From NCBI GenBank assembly GCA_016179185.1, contig JACORW010000104.1, forward strand, positions 12,124 to 76,123: a stretch of DNA of 64,000 bases, read 5' to 3'. The notes under the pieces are model-generated. The model was not told where the DNA came from. It searched no databases and saw only the letters and a program-made list of their open reading frames with translations. Shown here in pieces: positions 29,942 through 41,135 of the stretch (within the stretch, counting starts at the first letter, position 1; every line of letters starts with the position of its first letter). The translations under genes and the position numbers were made by a program. The DNA comes from Gammaproteobacteria bacterium. Lineage in GTDB: Bacteria; Pseudomonadota; Gammaproteobacteria; Eutrophobiales; Eutrophobiaceae.

Positions 29942-31369
29942 TTGACGCAGCATGACTTCCGTTGTCAAAGAGCAAACGTGAGCTTCATAGACAGTAACAT
30001 ACGCCTGTCCGGCCTCGGCGGCACGGTCCGGGCGCCGGCCGTGGCCGGCGCGTTCTATCCTGCGGATCGCTTTGCCCTGGGGGCAATGGTCGAGTCGTTG
30101 CTCGCGGATGCGCGCTGCCGCCCGGAAACCGCCGCGCCCAAGGCGCTGATCGCGCCGCATGCAGGCTACGTTTATTCCGGCCCGGTTGCGGCCACGGCCT
30201 ACAAACTGCTGCGGCCGCTGGCGCAGACGGCAACGCGCGTCATCCTGCTTGGGCCGGCACACCGTGTCGCGGTACGCGGACTGGCGGTTCCGTCGGTGCA
30301 CCGCTTTCGCACACCGCTGGGGGACATTCTCCTGGACCGGCAGGCGATTCAGAAGATTTGCGATCTCCCGCAGGTGCAGATCAACGACGCGGCCCATGAA
30401 CGCGAACACAGTCTCGAGGTGCATTTGCCGTTTCTGCAGGCGGTTCTGCCGGAGTTTTCCCTGGTGCCCATCGTGGTGGGACATGCCGCACCGGGCGCGG
30501 TCGCCGAGGTCATCGAGCCTTTGTGGGGCGGCCCGGAAACGTTAATCGTGATCAGTACGGACCTCAGCCACTACCACGATTATGCGACGGCGTGCCGCAT
30601 TGATGCCGAAACGTGCTCGGCAATCGAATCGTTCCGGTTTGAGGACATCGGGCCGGAGCAAGCCTGTGGCTGCATGCCGATGGCCGGACTGCTTTTGCTT
30701 GCGCGAAAAGGCGGATTGCAAATAGAACGCCTGGATCTGCGCAATTCGGGGGATACCGCCGGCAGCCGCGATCAAGTGGTCGGCTACGCGGCATTCGCAC
30801 TGCGCGGCGGCGAACGCATTGGCACCGGCGACGATGACGGCATGCTGCTCGAACTGGCACGCAGCAGCATTGCCCATGGTCTGCGCACCGGCCACCCCCT
30901 GGAACCGGGCACCGGAGACTATCCGCCCCGATTGCATGCGCCGGCGGCGGTATTCGTGACGTTGATGCTTCACAGCCGCCTGCGCGGGTGCATCGGCACT
31001 ACCGAGCCGGTGGCGCCCCTTGTCCGCGCGGTCGCCGACAATGCCTTCAAGGCTGCGTTTAACGATCCGCGTTTTCCGGCGTTGACATTGATGGAATTCC
31101 GGGAGACCAGAGTCAGCCTGTCGTTGCTCGGCGCCAAGGAGCCGCTCGCGTTTCGAACCGAGGCAGACCTGCTGAGCCAGTTGCAGCCCGGGATCCACGG
31201 GCTGGTGATCGCCCGCGACAAGCGCAATGCCACGTTCCTGCCGTCAGTCTGGGAAATGGCACCGGCACGGGAACAGTTTCTGGCCCAGCTCAAGCTCAAG
31301 GCCGGATTGAACGAAAACGAATCCCCGACGCATGCGTGGCGGTACACGGCACGTCATATTTCCGATTGA
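29942..31369 (+). CDS. amrB-amrA: Fused AmmeMemoRadiSam system protein B (MEMO1-like) and protein A (AMMECR1 domain)
   Basis: 475-aa ORF. The N-terminal part is Memo-like (VAGAFYPAD..., LIAPHAGYVYSGPVAA, SLEVHLPFLQ, ISTDLSHY). The C-terminal approximately 190 aa are AMMECR1-like (AAVFVTLMLHSRLRGCIGT...IHGLVIARDKRNATFLPSVWE). The start may be the GTG at 29978. Confidence 0.88.
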   Translation: MTQHDFRCQRANVSFIDSNIRLSGLGGTVRAPAVAGAFYPADRFALGAMVESLLADARCRPETAAPKALIAPHAGYVYSGPVAATAYKLLRPLAQTATRVILLGPAHRVAVRGLAVPSVHRFRTPLGDILLDRQAIQKICDLPQVQINDAAHEREHSLEVHLPFLQAVLPEFSLVPIVVGHAAPGAVAEVIEPLWGGPETLIVISTDLSHYHDYATACRIDAETCSAIESFRFEDIGPEQACGCMPMAGLLLLARKGGLQIERLDLRNSGDTAGSRDQVVGYAAFALRGGERIGTGDDDGMLLELARSSIAHGLRTGHPLEPGTGDYPPRLHAPAAVFVTLMLHSRLRGCIGTTEPVAPLVRAVADNAFKAAFNDPRFPALTLMEFRETRVSLSLLGAKEPLAFRTEADLLSQLQPGIHGLVIARDKRNATFLPSVWEMAPAREQFLAQLKLKAGLNENESPTHAWRYTARHISD

Positions 31370-31402
31370 CGGGCCGCCGGAAGACGGGTTTTCAGCAGCT
31401 TC

Positions 31403-31999
31403 TCAAGGTATGACCGCCGCTGCGCGCCGGCGGGCGGCCGCCGCCCCAGCGGCGTCGCCGCGCGCGGCGCGTGCGGAACCGATGAGTTCCCAGGCCGCCT
31501 GCCTGGTCGGTGCATCGCTCTCCGCGAGGGAAACGCATTTCAGGCCGGTGGACTCGGCCTGCTGCCATTGACGCTGCCGCAACCGCACGCGCCCCAGCCT
31601 GAGCCAAAGCTCGCCGTCCCGCGGAGAGATCCGCAATGCCCGTTCCAGTTCCGCCGCAGCCTCGGCGTTTTTCCCCGCCTTTTCGGCGACATCGGCCCGT
31701 TGCAACAATGCCGAAACCGCCGGCGGGCGCGCAGCCACGGGCGCCACATCCGGCTGTTCCGGCGCTGCCGCCGGCAGCGGTGCCGCTGCCGGGGAAGCGG
31801 ATGGCGGGGGGAAAGTCTCTTCGGGCCCGGGAGGCCCGATCGAGGGCGGAACCCCCGCGCCGGATTCGCTTCGATCTTCCGCCGGAACCTGTTGTTTCGA
31901 CGATCCCGGCAATCCCGCGCACGAGGCCAGCAAAACGGGTAACAGCAGCAATCCCGCGGGGATGAACGCCCGTCGCGCTTTCTGCACTCCGGAAATGAC
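31403..31999 (-). CDS. TPR-repeat lipoprotein
   Basis: ORF 31403-32062 has a lipobox (LLPVLLASCAG) followed by a Pro/Ala-rich linker and a TPR-like helix pair (AEKAGKNAEAAAELERALRISPRDGELWLRLGRV). A GTG at 31999 would avoid overlap with mrcB; the start is uncertain. Confidence 0.6.
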   Translation of the reverse strand, partial: VISGVQKARRAFIPAGLLLLPVLLASCAGLPGSSKQQVPAEDRSESGAGVPPSIGPPGPEETFPPPSASPAAAPLPAAAPEQPDVAPVAARPPAVSALLQRADVAEKAGKNAEAAAELERALRISPRDGELWLRLGRVRLRQRQWQQAESTGLKCVSLAESDAPTRQAAWELIGSARAARGDAAGAAAARRRAAAVIP

Positions 32000-32033
32000 G
32001 GGATTATCCACGACGGCGCTCCACACCCGTCCG

Positions 32034-34301
32034 TTATCCGCCGTTGCAACCGGAAAGTACACCCACTGGCGCCCCTATATAAGGAATGTACCCAAGATCC
32101 GCACACGCACCGCCAATGGGGACTGCGGAGGCGCGCATCCACCGCACATCAGGTGGAGGCACCCCGGGCCAGGGCTCCACGCCCAGGCGCCGCATGGTTT
32201 CCGCCCACACCGGCATCGCCCCGGCAGCCCCGGTAAGGCCCATGGAGTTGTTGCTGTCGAGCCCTGCCCACACCACGCCCAGGTAACGGTCACCGTAGCC
32301 TGCAAACCAGCTGTCCCGCAAATCATTGGTGGTCCCGGTCTTCCCGGGGAAGTGCCCGCTCTGGCCCAACAATCCCGGCAAGGCCTTGCCGGTCCCCCCG
32401 GTCGTGGCTTCGGCAAGCGCGTGCGCGATCAGAAAGGCCGGGCCGGGTTCAAAGGACTGGGACATGCTGAGCTCATGGCGGGTCAATCCGGTACCGTTCA
32501 CTGCGACCGCCTCGCGGATGGTGGACAACGGTATGCTGAAACCGCCATTTGCCAGCGTCTGATACACCTGCCCAACTTCAAGTGGTGACAATTCAATCGC
32601 CCCCAGCAGCGTGGATGGCAGCGGCTTCGGCGCATACCGCAACCCGCTCCGTTGCAACAGCTTCATGATCCGAACAGGCCCCAGTTCCATGCCAAGCCGC
32701 ACCGTTGCAACGTTGTAGGATCGTGACAGGGCCTCGAGCATCGTGACAGTGCCATGCTGGCGCTGATCGTAGTTTTCCGGCTTCCACAGGCTGCCGTCGT
32801 CGAGCTTCAGCTCGAACGGAGAATCATCCAGCGGTGTCAGCAGGTTGAAGCGGTTGCCCTGTCCCAGCGCTTCCAGATACACAAAGGGCTTTACCAGGGA
32901 ACCGATGGGTCGCCGCGCCGTCAGCGCCCGGTTGAAATCTCCCGCACCGGCGCCGCGCCCGCCCGCCATGGCGACCACTTCACCGGTGGTGTAGTCGATC
33001 ACCAGCGCCGCGGCCTGCAACGACCCCGGCTTAATTTTGCGCCTGGCTTCGATGCGCTTCAGCACCTGCTCGATCCCGGCGTCCACGGCCTCCTGAGCAT
33101 CCAGATCCAGGGAAGTGAAGATGCGCAATCCGGTGCTGGCCAGTTGCTGCACGGAATACAGTTCGCGCAGATCCCTGCGCACCAGATCCATGAACGCCGG
33201 ATGGCGCTCGCGGCTCCAGGTCGGTTTCCCCACGATGTCCAGCCCGCGGCGGCTGGCGGCATCGCCTTCCGCGGCGGACAGAAAACCGCCGTCCTGCATC
33301 AACCTCAAGACGAGATCGCGCCGCTCCCGCGCCCGCTCCGGATGCCGATGGGGATCGTAATGGGAGGCGCCGCGCACCAACGCCACCAGCAGGGCCAGCT
33401 GGTGCAGTCGCAATTCGCCCAACGGCCGCCCGAAGTAATACTCCGCGGCGGTACCGAAGCCATGCACCGCAGTGGCGCCCTGCTGCCCGAGATAGACTTC
33501 ATTCACATAGGCCCAGAGGATCTGCTCTTTGTCGAGGTGCCATTCCACGAGCACGGCCATCGCCGCCTCGTTCAACTTTCGCGCCAGGGTCCGATCCGGA
33601 GACAGGAACAGGTTCTTCACCAGTTGCTGGGTCAGCGTGCTCCCGCCCTGTTCGACTTCGCCGGCGCGGAGATTTACCCACAGGGCGCGCAGGATACCGC
33701 GCAGGTCCACGCCACGATGGCGGAAAAACTGCCGATCTTCGACCGCGACAATGGCGTCGCGCAGCGCGGGAGGTATCCCGGAAGCCGGCACGAACACCCG
33801 GTTCTCGTTGCTGCGCGGGACAATGCGCCCCACCAGCGGCGGGTCCACCCTCTGCAGCGCCGCAGGTTCGCCTGATCGGGTGTCACGGAGCGAAATGATC
33901 CGGCGCCCGGCAAATCGAACCTCCAACAGGCGCGGAGGTTCCACACCGTCCCAGTAGGCGAACTCCCGCAGATAGGCGCTGATGCGATCGCCCGAACGCG
34001 CGTAGTCTCCCGGGATCCCGATCGACTCCTGTCTCTGGTAGCCGGCACGGCGCAGATGACGTTCCAGATCGGCGGCACTCAACGCGGCACCGGCATACAG
34101 ATCGATCGGCCGCGCGTAGACGCGCGCCGGCAACTCCCACTGCAGATCCGCGAGCCGTTGACGCACCTGCATTTCCAGCCAGGTCAGGTACGCGGCAAGA
34201 ACGCATCCCAGCAAGACCGCAACCAGTGTGCCGGCCCCTGCCGCACGCCCCGCGCGAAGCCAGCGCCCCCGCCGGCTCAGGGCGCTGCGGCGCGCCCGCA
34301 C
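32034..34301 (-). CDS. mrcB: Penicillin-binding protein 1B (bifunctional glycosyltransferase/transpeptidase)
   Basis: 755-aa ORF with an N-terminal TM anchor, a UB2H-like insert, GT51 motifs (AIVAVEDRQFFRHRGVD, GGSTLTQQLVKN) and transpeptidase SxxK (IGSLVKP) and KTG (GKTGTT) motifs. Confidence 0.93.
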   Translation of the reverse strand: MRARRSALSRRGRWLRAGRAAGAGTLVAVLLGCVLAAYLTWLEMQVRQRLADLQWELPARVYARPIDLYAGAALSAADLERHLRRAGYQRQESIGIPGDYARSGDRISAYLREFAYWDGVEPPRLLEVRFAGRRIISLRDTRSGEPAALQRVDPPLVGRIVPRSNENRVFVPASGIPPALRDAIVAVEDRQFFRHRGVDLRGILRALWVNLRAGEVEQGGSTLTQQLVKNLFLSPDRTLARKLNEAAMAVLVEWHLDKEQILWAYVNEVYLGQQGATAVHGFGTAAEYYFGRPLGELRLHQLALLVALVRGASHYDPHRHPERARERRDLVLRLMQDGGFLSAAEGDAASRRGLDIVGKPTWSRERHPAFMDLVRRDLRELYSVQQLASTGLRIFTSLDLDAQEAVDAGIEQVLKRIEARRKIKPGSLQAAALVIDYTTGEVVAMAGGRGAGAGDFNRALTARRPIGSLVKPFVYLEALGQGNRFNLLTPLDDSPFELKLDDGSLWKPENYDQRQHGTVTMLEALSRSYNVATVRLGMELGPVRIMKLLQRSGLRYAPKPLPSTLLGAIELSPLEVGQVYQTLANGGFSIPLSTIREAVAVNGTGLTRHELSMSQSFEPGPAFLIAHALAEATTGGTGKALPGLLGQSGHFPGKTGTTNDLRDSWFAGYGDRYLGVVWAGLDSNNSMGLTGAAGAMPVWAETMRRLGVEPWPGVPPPDVRWMRASAVPIGGACADLGYIPYIGAPVGVLSGCNGG

Positions 34302-34360
34302 AGTTTTTGTTTTCCTTTTCAGAACAATCAGTTAGGTCAGGGAATATAGAATTAACGCCG

Positions 34361-34391
34361 AAAAAAAACCCGCCGGTTCGGGCGGGTTTTT
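34361..34391 (-). terminator. Strong (bidirectional) intrinsic terminator
   Basis: AAAAAAAA-CCCGCC-GGTTCG-GGCGGG-TTTTT. On the minus strand the stem is followed by 8 T. It lies between the adk/small-ORF unit and the mrcB start. Confidence 0.85.
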
Positions 34392-34549
34392 CAATTCTCC
34401 AGGCAGGTTTTTCACGACCGGGCTGTTTGGCTCTGGTCGCCCGGCGACACTCCTGGCCGGGATTGAATCTCTGCCTTCAGGCCATTGGCATCATTCAAGC
34501 GATCTGCTGTTCAGCATCTCGGCGTCGAATGACCAAGCCCGATCAAAGA

Positions 34550-34606
34550 CTACTTCTTTTTGGATGCCTTCTTCTTCGATTTCTTCTTTGCTCTCTTCTT
34601 TGCCAT
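34550..34606 (-). CDS. Candidate 18-aa polylysine micro-protein (MAKKRAKKKSKKKASKKK)
   Basis: An ATG at 34606 is preceded by GGGGAG with an 8-nt spacer. The stop is a TAG at 34550-34552. It has its own TATAAT promoter upstream and an intrinsic terminator about 160 nt downstream. The ORF is below the track's length cut-off. Confidence 0.45.
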   Translation of the reverse strand: MAKKRAKKKSKKKASKKK

Positions 34607-34688
34607 GTCAGTCACTCCCCTAGTTAACCAGGTTGAATGGAAACATTACCGCAACACACACCACCAACAACACAACAACTGGGTGACT

Positions 34689-34717
34689 ATTATAGTGAGG
34701 ATTTTCCGTTTTTCTAA
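34689..34717 (-). promoter_or_regulatory. Candidate sigma-70 promoter for the polylysine mini-gene
   Basis: The minus strand has a perfect TATAAT (34689-34694), TTAGAA/TAGAAA at -35 with a 16-17 nt spacer, and an A/T-rich tract upstream (GTGAAAAAATAT). Confidence 0.4.
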
Positions 34718-34843
34718 TATTTTTTCACATCACTGTCTCAAGTACACCACACACGGGTGCGCCGACCCTCCATCTCACACCGCGTGCACTCGTCATTTCA
34801 CGATCTCTTTCCGGGCCGTTCACCACCAAGCAGATGCCACTAT

Positions 34844-35942
<1,099 letters not shown>

Positions 35943-36009
35943 CCCCCTGCGGCGCGTTTCCGGGCACCCGCAGCCGCGGTGAATTGCATCGGCCCCGGGG
36001 TCCTTCCGA

Positions 36010-37047
36010 TCAATGTTCATTGAAGAGCATCTCAATCGAGAACCCCTCCCGTTCCATCAACCGGCGCAGACGCCGCATGGCTTCCATCTGGATCTGACGC
36101 ACGCGTTCCCGCGTAACGCCCAATTCGTTACCGATTTCCTCCAGCGTCGCCACGTCTCGCCCATGCAGCCCGAAGCGCCGCTCGACAACCGCATACTGCT
36201 TGTCCGTCAGCCGGGTCAGCCACAGCTCGATGCGCCGGCGGACGTCGGAATCCTGCAGCAGCAATGAAGGGTCCGGATTGTTGTCGTCCGCGAGGGTGTC
36301 AAGCAGGGACTTGTCCGATTCCAGACCGGAAGGGGCATCCATGGACGCGACGCGTTCATTAAGCCCCATGACGCGCTTGACCTCGTCTATGGGCCGGCGT
36401 AATTCGCCCGCCACGTCTTCCGGCCCGGGTTCACGATCCAGCTTCTGTGCCAGACGGCGCGCCGCGCGCAGGCAGCTGTTTATCTCCTTGACGACGTGGA
36501 TCGGGAGGCGCACGGTGCGCAGCTGATTCATCAGCGCCCGTTCCACGGTCTGCCGGATCCACCACGTGGCGTAGGTGGAAAAGCGAAATCCCCGGTCCGG
36601 GTCGAACTTCTCCACGGCGCGGATCAGCCCGAGGTTGCCCTCCTCGATCAGATCCAGCAGCGCCATCCCCCGGTTCGTATAGCGGCGCGCGATCTTTACC
36701 ACCAACCGCAGATTGCTTTCGATCATCCGCTTGCGTGCCCGCAGGTCGCCCCGGCGGGCGCGCCGGGCGAAGAGAACCTCCTCCTCCGCGCTTAACAGCG
36801 GCGAGAATCCTATTTCGTTGAGGTAAAGGCGTGTGGCATCCAGGTCGCCGTCGCTGACAAAATGCGGCTCCGGGTCGTCGGCGTCATCTTCTGCTTCCGG
36901 CACGGCCGGGAGGTCCGCGTCCGTATCCATCCCAGGCGTGGCAACTGCACATTCTCCCGCCTCGCCCTCCCCCGGGTCCGGCAGCCGTGAGCGCGCATAC
37001 CGGGTTCTGCGCCGGCTCGTGACCGAGGACCTGAGCGGGGGGGTCAA
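36010..37047 (-). CDS. rpoS: RNA polymerase sigma factor RpoS (sigma-38)
   Basis: Sigma-70 family regions 1.2-4 are present ([75 protein letters not shown]). It lies directly downstream of nlpD as in other gammaproteobacteria. The start is uncertain (37047 or the internal Met at 36930). Confidence 0.9.
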   Translation of the reverse strand: MTPPLRSSVTSRRRTRYARSRLPDPGEGEAGECAVATPGMDTDADLPAVPEAEDDADDPEPHFVSDGDLDATRLYLNEIGFSPLLSAEEEVLFARRARRGDLRARKRMIESNLRLVVKIARRYTNRGMALLDLIEEGNLGLIRAVEKFDPDRGFRFSTYATWWIRQTVERALMNQLRTVRLPIHVVKEINSCLRAARRLAQKLDREPGPEDVAGELRRPIDEVKRVMGLNERVASMDAPSGLESDKSLLDTLADDNNPDPSLLLQDSDVRRRIELWLTRLTDKQYAVVERRFGLHGRDVATLEEIGNELGVTRERVRQIQMEAMRRLRRLMEREGFSIEMLFNEH

Positions 37048-37901
37048 GATCGATTGACCTGCTGTTCCCGGGGGAGATGATCCAGAGGATTGACCGGCTT
37101 TCCGTCTTTGCGGATCTCGAAATGCAGCATGGATCGGCCGTCGTTGTCCATGCCCATGGTTGCGATCTGCTGGCCCGCGCTCACCTGATCTCCCTCAGCC
37201 ACCAGCAGTCGCTCGTTATACGCATATGCACTGAGGAAGGTATCGCTATGCTTCAGGATGATAAGCCTGCCGTATCCCAGAAGTCCACTTCCGCTGTACA
37301 CGACCGCGCCGGCGGCGGCAGCATTCACAGGCTGACCCTGGATGCCGGAGATGTCCACGCCCTTTTTCGACGTAGGACTGTCGGAACGCACAATGCGCCC
37401 GGACGTCGGCCACTGCCAGTGCACTGCGCCGCGACTCGCCGCTGAAGGCGGAACCGGCGCGGTCGTGGGCGGAGCGGCCGGTGCTGTTTTCTCCGCAGTC
37501 ACTCGTGGCGGAGGTGCCGAGGCCGCAGGACGATCGGCGGGCTTCCCCGCGCGCAATACCAGCCGCTGCCCGGGAATGATCACAAACGGATCGCTGATAT
37601 CGTTCCAGCGCGCGATATCCCGGTAATCCATTCCGTAACGCCAGGCAATGGAGTACAGGGTGTCCCCCTTTGCGACCTGATGCACGGGCGGGGGGGCGGC
37701 CTCCGGCGCCGGTATGGGAGCTTGCAGCCCGGGCCGGGCCGGATCCCGCACCGGCTCCTCACCGCGCTGATCCACCGGCGCCCGCGCAGAACTGCACGCG
37801 CACAGCGATGCCGCTACCATCAGATGAATGAGATGCGGCGCGGAACGGAAAGTGCCGGCGCTCATCGGCGATTCAGGACGTGCCCTCCAGCATCGGCACA
37901 A
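37044..37901 (-). CDS. nlpD: Murein hydrolase activator NlpD (LysM + M23 peptidase lipoprotein)
   Basis: 285-aa ORF with a lipobox (AASLCACSS), LysM ([27 protein letters not shown]) and a degenerate M23 domain (GVDISG...GRLIILKH). Confidence 0.9.
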   Translation of the reverse strand: MCRCWRARPESPMSAGTFRSAPHLIHLMVAASLCACSSARAPVDQRGEEPVRDPARPGLQAPIPAPEAAPPPVHQVAKGDTLYSIAWRYGMDYRDIARWNDISDPFVIIPGQRLVLRAGKPADRPAASAPPPRVTAEKTAPAAPPTTAPVPPSAASRGAVHWQWPTSGRIVRSDSPTSKKGVDISGIQGQPVNAAAAGAVVYSGSGLLGYGRLIILKHSDTFLSAYAYNERLLVAEGDQVSAGQQIATMGMDNDGRSMLHFEIRKDGKPVNPLDHLPREQQVNRS

Positions 37902-38547
37902 AGCTTACCCAATCCAGTTGCTGCTGCTCATAACCATCGGGCGTGCGCATGATGCGCAGCAACGCCTGCTCTCCGCTCCGCCCGACCGGCAGGATGAGCC
38001 TGCCCCCGATTCCGAGCTGCGAGCGCAGCATACCCGGTACGCCGACGGGGGCCGCCGTGGCCAGGATCCCGTCGAATGGCGCCTGATCCGCCCAGCCGAG
38101 GCTGCCGTCTCCGTGCCGTGACACGATGTTGTCAAGCTGGAGCAGCCGAAACCGTTCCCGCGCGCGCTGAATCAGCGCCTCAATGCGTTCGATCGTGTAC
38201 ACCTTTATACCAAGGCGCGCCAGAACCGCAGTCTGATAGCCGCAACCGGTGCCGATCTCCAGGACGGTCCCGGGAATCCCGGTTTCAATCAGCGCCTCGG
38301 TCATCCGCGCCACGATATAAGGCTGGGAAATGGTCTGATTATGCCCTATGGGCAGCGCGGTGTTGTCGTAGGCGCGGCTGGCCAGGGCCTCGTCCACGAA
38401 CAGATGACGCGGTGTGCCGCGGATCAGTTCCAGTACGATCTCCGAACGGATCCCCATCTCGCGCAGTTGCTCCACCAGCCGGTCCCGCGCCCGCTGGGAG
38501 GTCATGCCGATACCGCGCAGATCAGGTTTTTGCATCGCCGAGTCCAC
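37873..38547 (-). CDS. pcm: Protein-L-isoaspartate O-methyltransferase
   Basis: 224-aa ORF ([37 protein letters not shown]) in the surE-pcm-nlpD-rpoS arrangement. Confidence 0.93.
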   Translation of the reverse strand: MDSAMQKPDLRGIGMTSQRARDRLVEQLREMGIRSEIVLELIRGTPRHLFVDEALASRAYDNTALPIGHNQTISQPYIVARMTEALIETGIPGTVLEIGTGCGYQTAVLARLGIKVYTIERIEALIQRARERFRLLQLDNIVSRHGDGSLGWADQAPFDGILATAAPVGVPGMLRSQLGIGGRLILPVGRSGEQALLRIMRTPDGYEQQQLDWVSFVPMLEGTS

Positions 38548-39283
38548 CCAGAAGTTCGGCGAGCGGCGGTAACGCCGTGTGTCGCGTCAGATCCACCTGC
38601 AACGGAGTCACTGAGATCGCGCATCGGCCGACGGCGTGGAAATCGGTGCCCGGACCCGCGTCCTGTCCTGCGCCCACCGGGCCAACCCAGTACACGGTAC
38701 GCCGTTTCGGATCCTGCATGCGTACCGCCGGCTCGGATTTGTGCCGGTGTCCGAGGCGCGTGACTTCCCAACCCGCATACTCCCCGTATGGCACATCCGG
38801 GAAATTCACATTGAGCAGCAGGTCCTGCCGATCGGGATTGCGCAGCAGCAATTGCACCAGATCGACGGTCGCCCGCGCGGCCGCCTCATAATGCGTCGGG
38901 TTTTCTCCCGCCAGCGACAGTGCCAGCGCCGGACGGCCGAGGAATCTGCCCTCCATGGCTGCGGCCACGGTGCCGGAATACAACACGTCATCACCCAGGT
39001 TCGGCCCGGCGTTGATGCCGCTCACCACCATGTCGGGTTCCTGTTCCAGCAAACCGGTAATGGCAAGATGCACGCAGTCGGTGGGCGTCCCGTTGACGTA
39101 TATGTATCCATTGCGCGCCGCGCGCGCATACAGCGGTGCATCGAGAGTCAATGAATTGCTGGCGCCGCTGCGATTGCGGTCGGGAGCGACCACCGTCACG
39201 CGGCCGACGGCGGACAGGGCCTCAGCCAGCGCCTCGATGCCGGGAGACTGGTAGCCATCGTCGTTGCTGACGAGAATGTGCAT
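38522..39283 (-). CDS. surE: 5'/3'-nucleotidase SurE
   Basis: 253-aa [26 protein letters not shown]...GTPTDCV...[25 protein letters not shown]. Confidence 0.95.
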   Translation of the reverse strand: MHILVSNDDGYQSPGIEALAEALSAVGRVTVVAPDRNRSGASNSLTLDAPLYARAARNGYIYVNGTPTDCVHLAITGLLEQEPDMVVSGINAGPNLGDDVLYSGTVAAAMEGRFLGRPALALSLAGENPTHYEAAARATVDLVQLLLRNPDRQDLLLNVNFPDVPYGEYAGWEVTRLGHRHKSEPAVRMQDPKRRTVYWVGPVGAGQDAGPGTDFHAVGRCAISVTPLQVDLTRHTALPPLAELLGGLGDAKT

Positions 39284-39306
39284 GCTTGTGGGGCGCGAGC
39301 GATGGC

Positions 39307-40206
39307 CTATCCCAACAGAAATTCGAGCAGCGCCTTTTGCGAATGGAGTCGATTACCCGCTTCCGCCCACACCACGCTGTGCGTACCATCGATGACGTCG
39401 GCGCTGACCTCTTCGCCGCGGTGAGCCGGCAGGCAGTGCATGAACAGCGCATCGGGCCGGGCGCGGCCCATCAGTTCCGCCGACACCTGGTACGGGGCGA
39501 ACGCCGCGCGGCGTTGTGCCGCCTCCTCTTCCTGACCCATGCTGGCCCAGACATCCGTGACCACGAGATCCGCGCCGGACACCGCCGCGGGGGCGTCATG
39601 CCCGACCACGACCCGGCCACGCGCGGCAGCCAGTACCGATGGCTCCGGCAGGTATCCCGGCGGGCAGGCAAGATGCAGATCAAATCCCAGCAGCGCCGCG
39701 GCATGAATATAAGAATTGCACACGTTGTTGCCGTCGCCTACCCAGGCCACGCGCCGACCGGAGATCTCCCCCCGTTGCTCCAGGTATGTCTGCATGTCCG
39801 CCAGTAATTGACACGGATGATGCATGTCGGACAAGCCGTTGATGACCGGGACGCCGGCTGCCCTGGCAAATCTCTCCAGGCGCTCATGGGCATGGGTGCG
39901 CACCATGATGCAATCCACCATCTGCGACAGCACGCGGGCCGTATCTTCCGGCGGCTCGCCGCGCCCGAGCTGGGTATCGGTCGGAGAAAGAAAGATCGCG
40001 TGGCCACCCAGGTGCGCCATGGCCGTCTCGAAAGACACGCGCGTGCGCGTCGAGGACTTTTCGAAGATCATCGCCAGCGTGCGGCCCGGCAATGATGCGC
40101 GCAGGCGCCGCTCCCGCCATTCGCTCTTCATTGCGACGGCGCGGCGCAGCAGGGCATGCAGTTCATTCGCGGACAGGTCCTCCAGCGTCAGAAAATTCCT
40201 GGGCAT
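39307..40206 (-). CDS. argF: Ornithine carbamoyltransferase
   Basis: From the Met at 40206: [20 protein letters not shown]...[13 protein letters not shown]...HPCQLLAD...[11 protein letters not shown]. Confidence 0.93.
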   Translation of the reverse strand: MPRNFLTLEDLSANELHALLRRAVAMKSEWRERRLRASLPGRTLAMIFEKSSTRTRVSFETAMAHLGGHAIFLSPTDTQLGRGEPPEDTARVLSQMVDCIMVRTHAHERLERFARAAGVPVINGLSDMHHPCQLLADMQTYLEQRGEISGRRVAWVGDGNNVCNSYIHAAALLGFDLHLACPPGYLPEPSVLAAARGRVVVGHDAPAAVSGADLVVTDVWASMGQEEEAAQRRAAFAPYQVSAELMGRARPDALFMHCLPAHRGEEVSADVIDGTHSVVWAEAGNRLHSQKALLEFLLG

Positions 40207-40302
40207 GCTTGGTGTCTGCCTGCGGCGGGTCGGTGAAATCGGGAAAAAAGCGAGCCCGGCGGATGCCGGGCTCACTCGGTCGAATTGGCCAGAATCAGCG
40301 GC

Positions 40303-40827
40303 TCAAAACGAAAGTCCATGGGCGGCTGCGCCCATGAACAGCAGCATGGGGATGGAGAGCGCCGTATTGGCCCGCGACGTCAGAAAGGCTACGCGGCGCG
40401 CCCTGGCTTTCTCCGCATCCGTTGCCGTCACAATCCCCAGCACTTTCTTCTGATTCGGCCAGATAAGCACCCAGACGTTGAACAACATGATGGTTCCGAG
40501 CCAGGCGCCCATCCCCAGTGTGGTCAGACCGATGTTGCCCTGACCGACGCCCAGGGTGAACACGCCGTGCAGGGAATAGTGCCCCGCCGATCCGATGTAG
40601 AAAGCGCCGGACAGCCACGTCACCACCGCGGCCCAGCGGAACCACAGCAGCGCGCGCGGCATGATGTACTTGCCGATGGCAGCCGGGCCGGGGCCCTCCT
40701 TGTCGGCATTGGCCTGGGCCATCGCCGGTACGTTGACGAAATTGAAAAAGTACAGCAAGCCAATCCAGGTCACGCCGGAGAGGAAATGCACCCAGCGTTC
40801 CAGAGCAAGCAGCATGTCGAGTTCCAT
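40303..40827 (-). CDS. Conserved integral membrane protein (resembles the N-terminal membrane domain of PuuD-type proteins; no cytochrome c domain)
   Basis: 174-aa ORF with 4-5 predicted TM helices (HFLSGVTWIGLLYFFNFVNV). The function is not assignable. Confidence 0.7.
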   Translation of the reverse strand: MELDMLLALERWVHFLSGVTWIGLLYFFNFVNVPAMAQANADKEGPGPAAIGKYIMPRALLWFRWAAVVTWLSGAFYIGSAGHYSLHGVFTLGVGQGNIGLTTLGMGAWLGTIMLFNVWVLIWPNQKKVLGIVTATDAEKARARRVAFLTSRANTALSIPMLLFMGAAAHGLSF

Positions 40828-40844
40828 GGCCCCCCCTTGGCGCC

Positions 40845-40940
40845 TCAGGCGCCCGCCAGCGACTTGATGATAAATGCCAATACCAGGGCCAGAACCAGGC
40901 CCGCGACAATGGTGCCGACGATTGAATCAAGTGGATTCAT
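40845..40940 (-). CDS. Candidate 31-aa single-TM micro-protein
   Basis: An ATG at 40940 is preceded by AGGGGGGAGC. The product is MNPLDSIVGTIVAGLVLALVLAFIIKSLAGA. It ends 17 nt upstream of the membrane protein gene and is below the ORF-track cut-off. Confidence 0.45.
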   Translation of the reverse strand: MNPLDSIVGTIVAGLVLALVLAFIIKSLAGA

Positions 40941-41135
40941 GCTCCCCCCTGATGACCATTGGATACATTCGGTCAGTCATTGAAATTATACTTCCCCTGA
41001 GGCGGCCTTTCACGCAGTGGGCCGCCCCAAACATGTATACGCCTGAACCACGGCATTGCACGGCTGGAATTTTCACGTATACTTGAAAGCCTGACTGTTT
41101 TTGTCGGGTATTTCTTTGAGGAGACCCATTGGGCC

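Noticed and set aside
28527-29975. Full 482-aa version of the AmrS ORF. The same issue applies to the N-terminal extensions of ORFs for rplS, rimM, adk, argF, rnhA, gloB, apt, purE and pqqB.
   Set aside because: The family-typical N-termini begin at internal Met codons, several of which have SD sequences. The extensions overlap neighbouring genes or regulatory DNA.
31392-32142. Several overlapping 100-200-aa ORFs on both strands around the TPR lipoprotein gene.
   Set aside because: They are alternative frames of the same GC-rich, Ala/Pro/Arg-rich stretch. Only the frame with a lipobox and TPR-like helices looks protein-like.
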